Assembly: GCA_036172245.1 (NCBI GenBank)
Contig: JAYWIR010000043.1
Location: forward strand, 1,798,001-1,835,234
Length of the DNA stretch: 37,234 bases
DNA from: Raillietiella orientalis
Taxonomy: Eukaryota
Reading direction: 5' to 3'
The first letter of the stretch is position 1. Every line of letters starts with the position of its first letter. The notes under the pieces are model-generated. The model ran no database searches. It saw nothing but the letters and a program-made list of their open reading frames with translations, and was not told the origin of the DNA. Below are positions 32,500-37,234 of the stretch, piece by piece. Position numbers and translations under genes: made by a program.

Positions 32500-35400
32500 G
32501 AGGACAAAACCATCACTTTTCAAGTATGCAGACTCAGCACCCGTGCGCAAGCGCGTTCCATGGACCGAAGAATGCCGAGCGGGCTCGTGCCTCTCTGAGG
32601 GTCGCAGCTTCCGTTCACTGGATCCGCGACTCCGCATCCAAATGTATTCGAGTCAGCGCCAGAAGCCTTCAGTGACCTGCATGGGGAGCTGCCGCGAAAG
32701 CGCACATGGTCAGAAAAGGGATACTGCGCAGTCACGCAGATTCCGCTAAGAGTAAGTTGACCATGTCTAACCTTCGGAGCAGACGTCACTGCAGCACCCA
32801 CGCAATGCAAAGTTCCAGACGCGCAAAGCAGCAATCACTCCTTCAGAGCGTACCACGAAGCCGAAGTCCATCGAGAAACTCGTCACAGATAGGGAAGATT
32901 CTGTTTTGCGGCGCGATGAACGCACGCGGAAACGAAGTCGCGCTTCGACGGAAGCATCCACGGAGAAGCAACGCGCGCGCCCCAGAGGGAACCAGACCAC
33001 ACCCTTGCGCAGTTGGTAGGCGAACGAACAGAGGGCAAAAGAAACGTTTCGTTTCTCTCAGTTGCGCGATGAAAGTCGACGGCGCGACGGCGGATGCAAG
33101 AAGCCGCACTCAAGAGGAGGAAACGCGGTCCGACCAGCGATGCAATGGCTCTCTCAAAGAATGCTGCTTACGATGAAGAAGAGGATGCGCCACAGCATGC
33201 TGCTGCCTTTCAGAAACTCACACGGGACGAGTCGTTTCTTGAGCGCCGCACTCAACAGACGCTCGGACCTTCTCCAGCATTTATACCGAATTACGCACAT
33301 TGCCAACCAATACCAGCCACGGTCAACACTTGGAACGACATGAATCGAATGTGTCGAACACTCGTAGCTCTGGGGAGCATCGCATCGCAATATCGGTGAT
33401 GCAATCCTAAAGGATTCGCAGCTGCACGAACGTTAGCTGCAAATCACAGGCACGAAGCCGCCACGAAGCAGCGCTACAAAGCTGCGTTTACGATGATCGG
33501 CAAAACGCCGTGTGAAGGCACGGATCACTGCATCCTCCCGATCCGCGCGGCAAGACGGCCAAGAGACTCATGCAGCAAACCGAGAATTCTTTCACGGACC
33601 GCGGATGCTACAGTTGCTCCTCACAAGAAATGCCTGAAAATCAAATGATGCGGAGCGAATGATCTCCGTATCGTAGGAAAAAAGGACCTGGCACCTCGAG
33701 ATCGAAAACTGCATGTCCACAGGATCAAGGGAAGCTGAAAGGCCAACAAGAAGCAATGGGAAATCGCAGCCGTTTTTCTGCTCACTGGGGCTGAGATGCG
33801 TGAATGATGCTAGTCGACTGAGCGATGCACGAGAGAGGATTTTCCCGAACGGAGACATCCTATCAGACTTTCGCAACGCTCCCAAAACGTACGTCCCAAA
33901 CGAGTTGAGTTCGCTTCTCGGAATTCTCGCCTCCAGCCAGATTTGCTGCGAGAACGCAAAATCTGTATCAACACTAAGGTGCATCCTCCTCAGCTGCGTC
34001 GCCTGTTATCCAACATAAGTATGCGGAATCTCTCCTGCAGGTAGGGAGGCCATGTAGAGAGTGGAAGTGCACGGAACATACAGGAAGGCCGTCAACATTC
34101 GAGCAGGATTTGCGGGAATCACGGAATTACGCTTTTTGCTCTGCGATCGCTGTTCAAATGCAGAAGCTGTGAAGGGAAGCGTTCACTGAATGAGACAGAG
34201 TCTTGCATGAAGACGGTGGCATGGTAGCTTTCACCGCAAGCACGAGTTGCATCGCGTGATAGTTGGGAAACAAGATACGCCAAGCTTCCTCCATGGACCA
34301 GTTCTGAGTCCATTTCCTGTCCACTGCACCCCCCCATGCTGCTGTTTTTGAGAGCAAGCAGCATGCCGTCGGCGAGGGAGCAGAAGATCTCCTACAAACT
34401 GCCAATTCTGGCTTAAAAGAGAACGCCAGTTCCGGATGCTTCCTTCGAGATTCTCGGGAAGAACGCCGCGTGGTTCGTTCCGTGATGAAGGCGCATTCGC
34501 TTTTGAAGGAACAAATCGGAAGTGGAGAAACACGAAGAAACCTCCGAGAGTAGCGTTAAAGCGATCGACATCAAAACAGGAAGGAGAGATCTGGCAGGGA
34601 AAAACGCTAGCAGAAAGAAGGTCGTCGTTCGAGAACGCCAAAAGGAGAGCAAAAAGTTCCCGAACACCCTAATGATGGGGAACCCCGACAGCTGGACGGG
34701 AATTTCTTGTGCGCCAACTCGACGGTGCGAGATGCTGATTCCGCGTTCCCAGGACCCTGCACGGCAGCCAAGAGCTCAAAATCGCATCTCTTGTCGAGCA
34801 GATTGGATCCGTGTGCCAACTGCTCCTCAGGATCGGCTCCTAATTTTCCTAGAGCCCAATTCTTCTTTAAGGATCGCCGTCGCAGGAACATGGCAAAGAT
34901 GCCCCTAAACGACAACTGGCGATCTCACAAGGCAAGAAATTCTTACAAGCGAGTAGTGCGCACCACGAGGAGAGAAGCTTCAGCGTCGCTCAAGAGGCGC
35001 ACGCGGCAAAAAGTCGGTACACAAGGAGAACGCATTTCTCGTGGATGCACCCGAGAGGAAACGAGGTTCCTCAACCGCTTTGACAGGACGCTGGACTGAG
35101 CATATAGACGCAAAACAAGATGCAGCGTCGCCACCTGTTTCGGAAGTTTGCCCCAGCGGCAGTTTCCCGTAAATATTCTCTGATCCCGGCAAAGGATGGG
35201 CTGGGTTTTCCTCGGCTGCAGCCACCAGAAAATCACCTTGACTTAGACAAGAGCACCGACAGATGATCGCCATGATTGTGTTCAGAGCTTGAAGGAAAAA
35301 AAAGTGCTCCGTATACCAGGCATGCTCGTTGCTCGTTCAAGCAAAGCATCGAGGGAACAAAAGAAGAGGGAGTTGCCTTTAAGAGCTTCAACTGCTTTCG

Positions 35401-36200
35401 CGAAAACGATCCTGAGGAACAGCGTACACGAAAACTTGACGACAAGTGGAGGCAGATCTGCTGCAGTATCGCAAGGCGGACAATGCTGTTGGTTGTTTGC
35501 TTGTAGTGTCAGCTGCCTGACGCTTCCAATCCCACTGCTGAGCCTGGAGGAGATATTTGCAAGACCGATTCACCTAGGAACCTCATTGACTGAAGTGGAG
35601 ATGCCCGTAGATACTTTAGATAGCCTCGGGTGCTTCCCGTTGAGTGGCACGACTCGGCTCCGTGATCCCGCAAGGCACCATGCCATGCCACACACGCTTC
35701 CATCAGTGGTGCAGAAAGACCAGCATTCCAGATCGTGCCAGATTTGATTAAGGGCTGCTGCTGCTGCGGATGCTCTGAGGTGTTTCGTTGTGCCAGAAAT
35801 TTTTGTGTCTCCGCCGGCTCTTCCGCAATCGCAAAGTGTCTTGCGTGCGGGAAGAGTGCGAGATGCACAGCTGCTGTGTGAGAGACAAGATCGTCAGCAG
35901 CTGCGCGTCTCCGCGTTTTCACTCGCATGAGCGCGGCGCCTTATCAGACACCCAGGAAGCCGAGACTCGGTGGCGGCACCGAAAGACGCCAAGGATGCGG
36001 TGGTGTGACGAATCCGTCGCCTTCCCTTCACGTTTGTGTGGAGTCTCCGGGATACCGGCGCACCACCCCACTTCATCCTGAGGTCTGCCATGAAAATGTT
36101 CAAACCGTGGGGGCCATCATGCTTTGTTGCCCTTTCCTCTCCACCAGGAAAAACCTTCTTCTTCCTCATATCAACGGGCTCTTACCTAACGCATTCAAGC
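32500..36200 (+). mobile_element. Very old LINE of a different clade (jockey/I/CR1-like), heavily decayed
   Basis: Remnants occur in the expected order: knuckle-like Cys/His traces (about 32640-32810), ESFLE..IPNY (APE-like, about 33225-33295), NWRSHKARNSYKRVVRTTRR (EN-RT linker), SVIPQGT (GVPQG-like, about 35658) and AADAL (YADD-like, about 35765). Boundaries are approximate. Confidence 0.45.
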
Positions 36201-37234
36201 AATAGCATTTGAAGGTTCTCTTATCCATTCATTCCCTTTCCTCTTCCTTCTCTTTTGTTACACACTTTTTCTTTCCGGGAGTAGCGTGAAACGCGCACGC
36301 TCTAGGTTTTCTCCGAGGAAGTCAGGAAGCTCACGGCGAGAATACGCTCCTGCGTGCTATAACTCCTGCACGCGCAAAGAATGGGGACCGTGCGTATGCC
36401 CACGGCTTTCCATCGATGTTCTCGTAACGGGGGGAGCTGATGGAAGGAGCCAAAGGAGGAGAACGTTTTTGACCATCACGGTGGTCGTGGTCGATTAGCA
36501 AGTTTATTCAGCCTCTTCCTCCCTTTTCCAGTTTTGTGGCTTCAAAATATTGCAAACGTGAGCACTCCGAACGATCGACCGTACAGCTGGTCTGACGTAT
36601 TCGCTTTCATTCCCGAATAGAAAGAGCGCACTCTCGAATTCGCAAGGTTCTCAGAAGACAGTCTTCGGAACATCGGTATGAACAAAGGGCCAGAGGACGC
36701 TGTTAGTTTTCAAATCTAATGAGTTTTCAAATCTTGATCCTTCTCCAATTCTTTTATGGTTCGGCTACGTAGTATTTGCAAATCTGTGTATCTAAAGTAC
36801 GATACCAATTGGGATCAAACGCTTGTCAGAGCGTTGTTCCATCAACGACGCATGTTGAGGAACGTTGAAAAAAGTTCCGCACTTCTTCACAATTACATAC
36901 TAAAAGGCATCAGCAAAACGCTTTCTTTCGTTTCATTGGTCAGCTGTATAGAATGAGAGAATCTCCCTTGAGAGCAAGTCTACGAGCCCGTTGATGAGAA
37001 GTCAGTGAGAAATACATTTGCATTTTGGAAAAGTGCATAATCTTGCGAAAAAGGACAAAATATTCTGGAGATAATCATCCGGTGCTTGAAAGCGGTAGTG
37101 CTGGCATTATCACTGTCAGACAGTATTTTCTTGTTTCGATGCCAAGTTGTGTGGCCTACTGGTCGCCGATGGAGGATTCAAATCGCACTCACACAGGTTG
37201 TCTCGGTTCTGCAGTCTCAAGATGCGCGCTTCTT

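Overview
This is eukaryotic, transposon-saturated DNA in which I could not recognise a host gene or RNA gene. The core (about 11605-30632) is a stack of ten strictly alternating-orientation segments of one L1/Tx1-like non-LTR retrotransposon family. The family has an ORF1 with two CCHC knuckles and an ORF2 with APE endonuclease, YADD reverse transcriptase and a C-terminal Cys/His finger. The segments come from several diverged lineages, and all are disrupted by stops or frameshifts. Junction analysis indicates serial nesting: each preserved element end sits inside a relative on the opposite strand, and one complete copy (23159-28795) has a perfect 12-bp target-site duplication. Family hallmarks read from the sequence are a conserved 5' hairpin (GAGCG-15 nt-CGCTC), a TAATG stop/start overlap between ORF1 and ORF2, a 3' stem-loop, and 3' ends of AATAAA followed directly by CG with no poly(A). 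An older head-to-head cluster of the same family lies at 751-4322. The flanks hold much more decayed remnants: probable Ty3/gypsy pol, possible hAT, and another LINE. Family assignments come from motif recognition by eye, not database searches.
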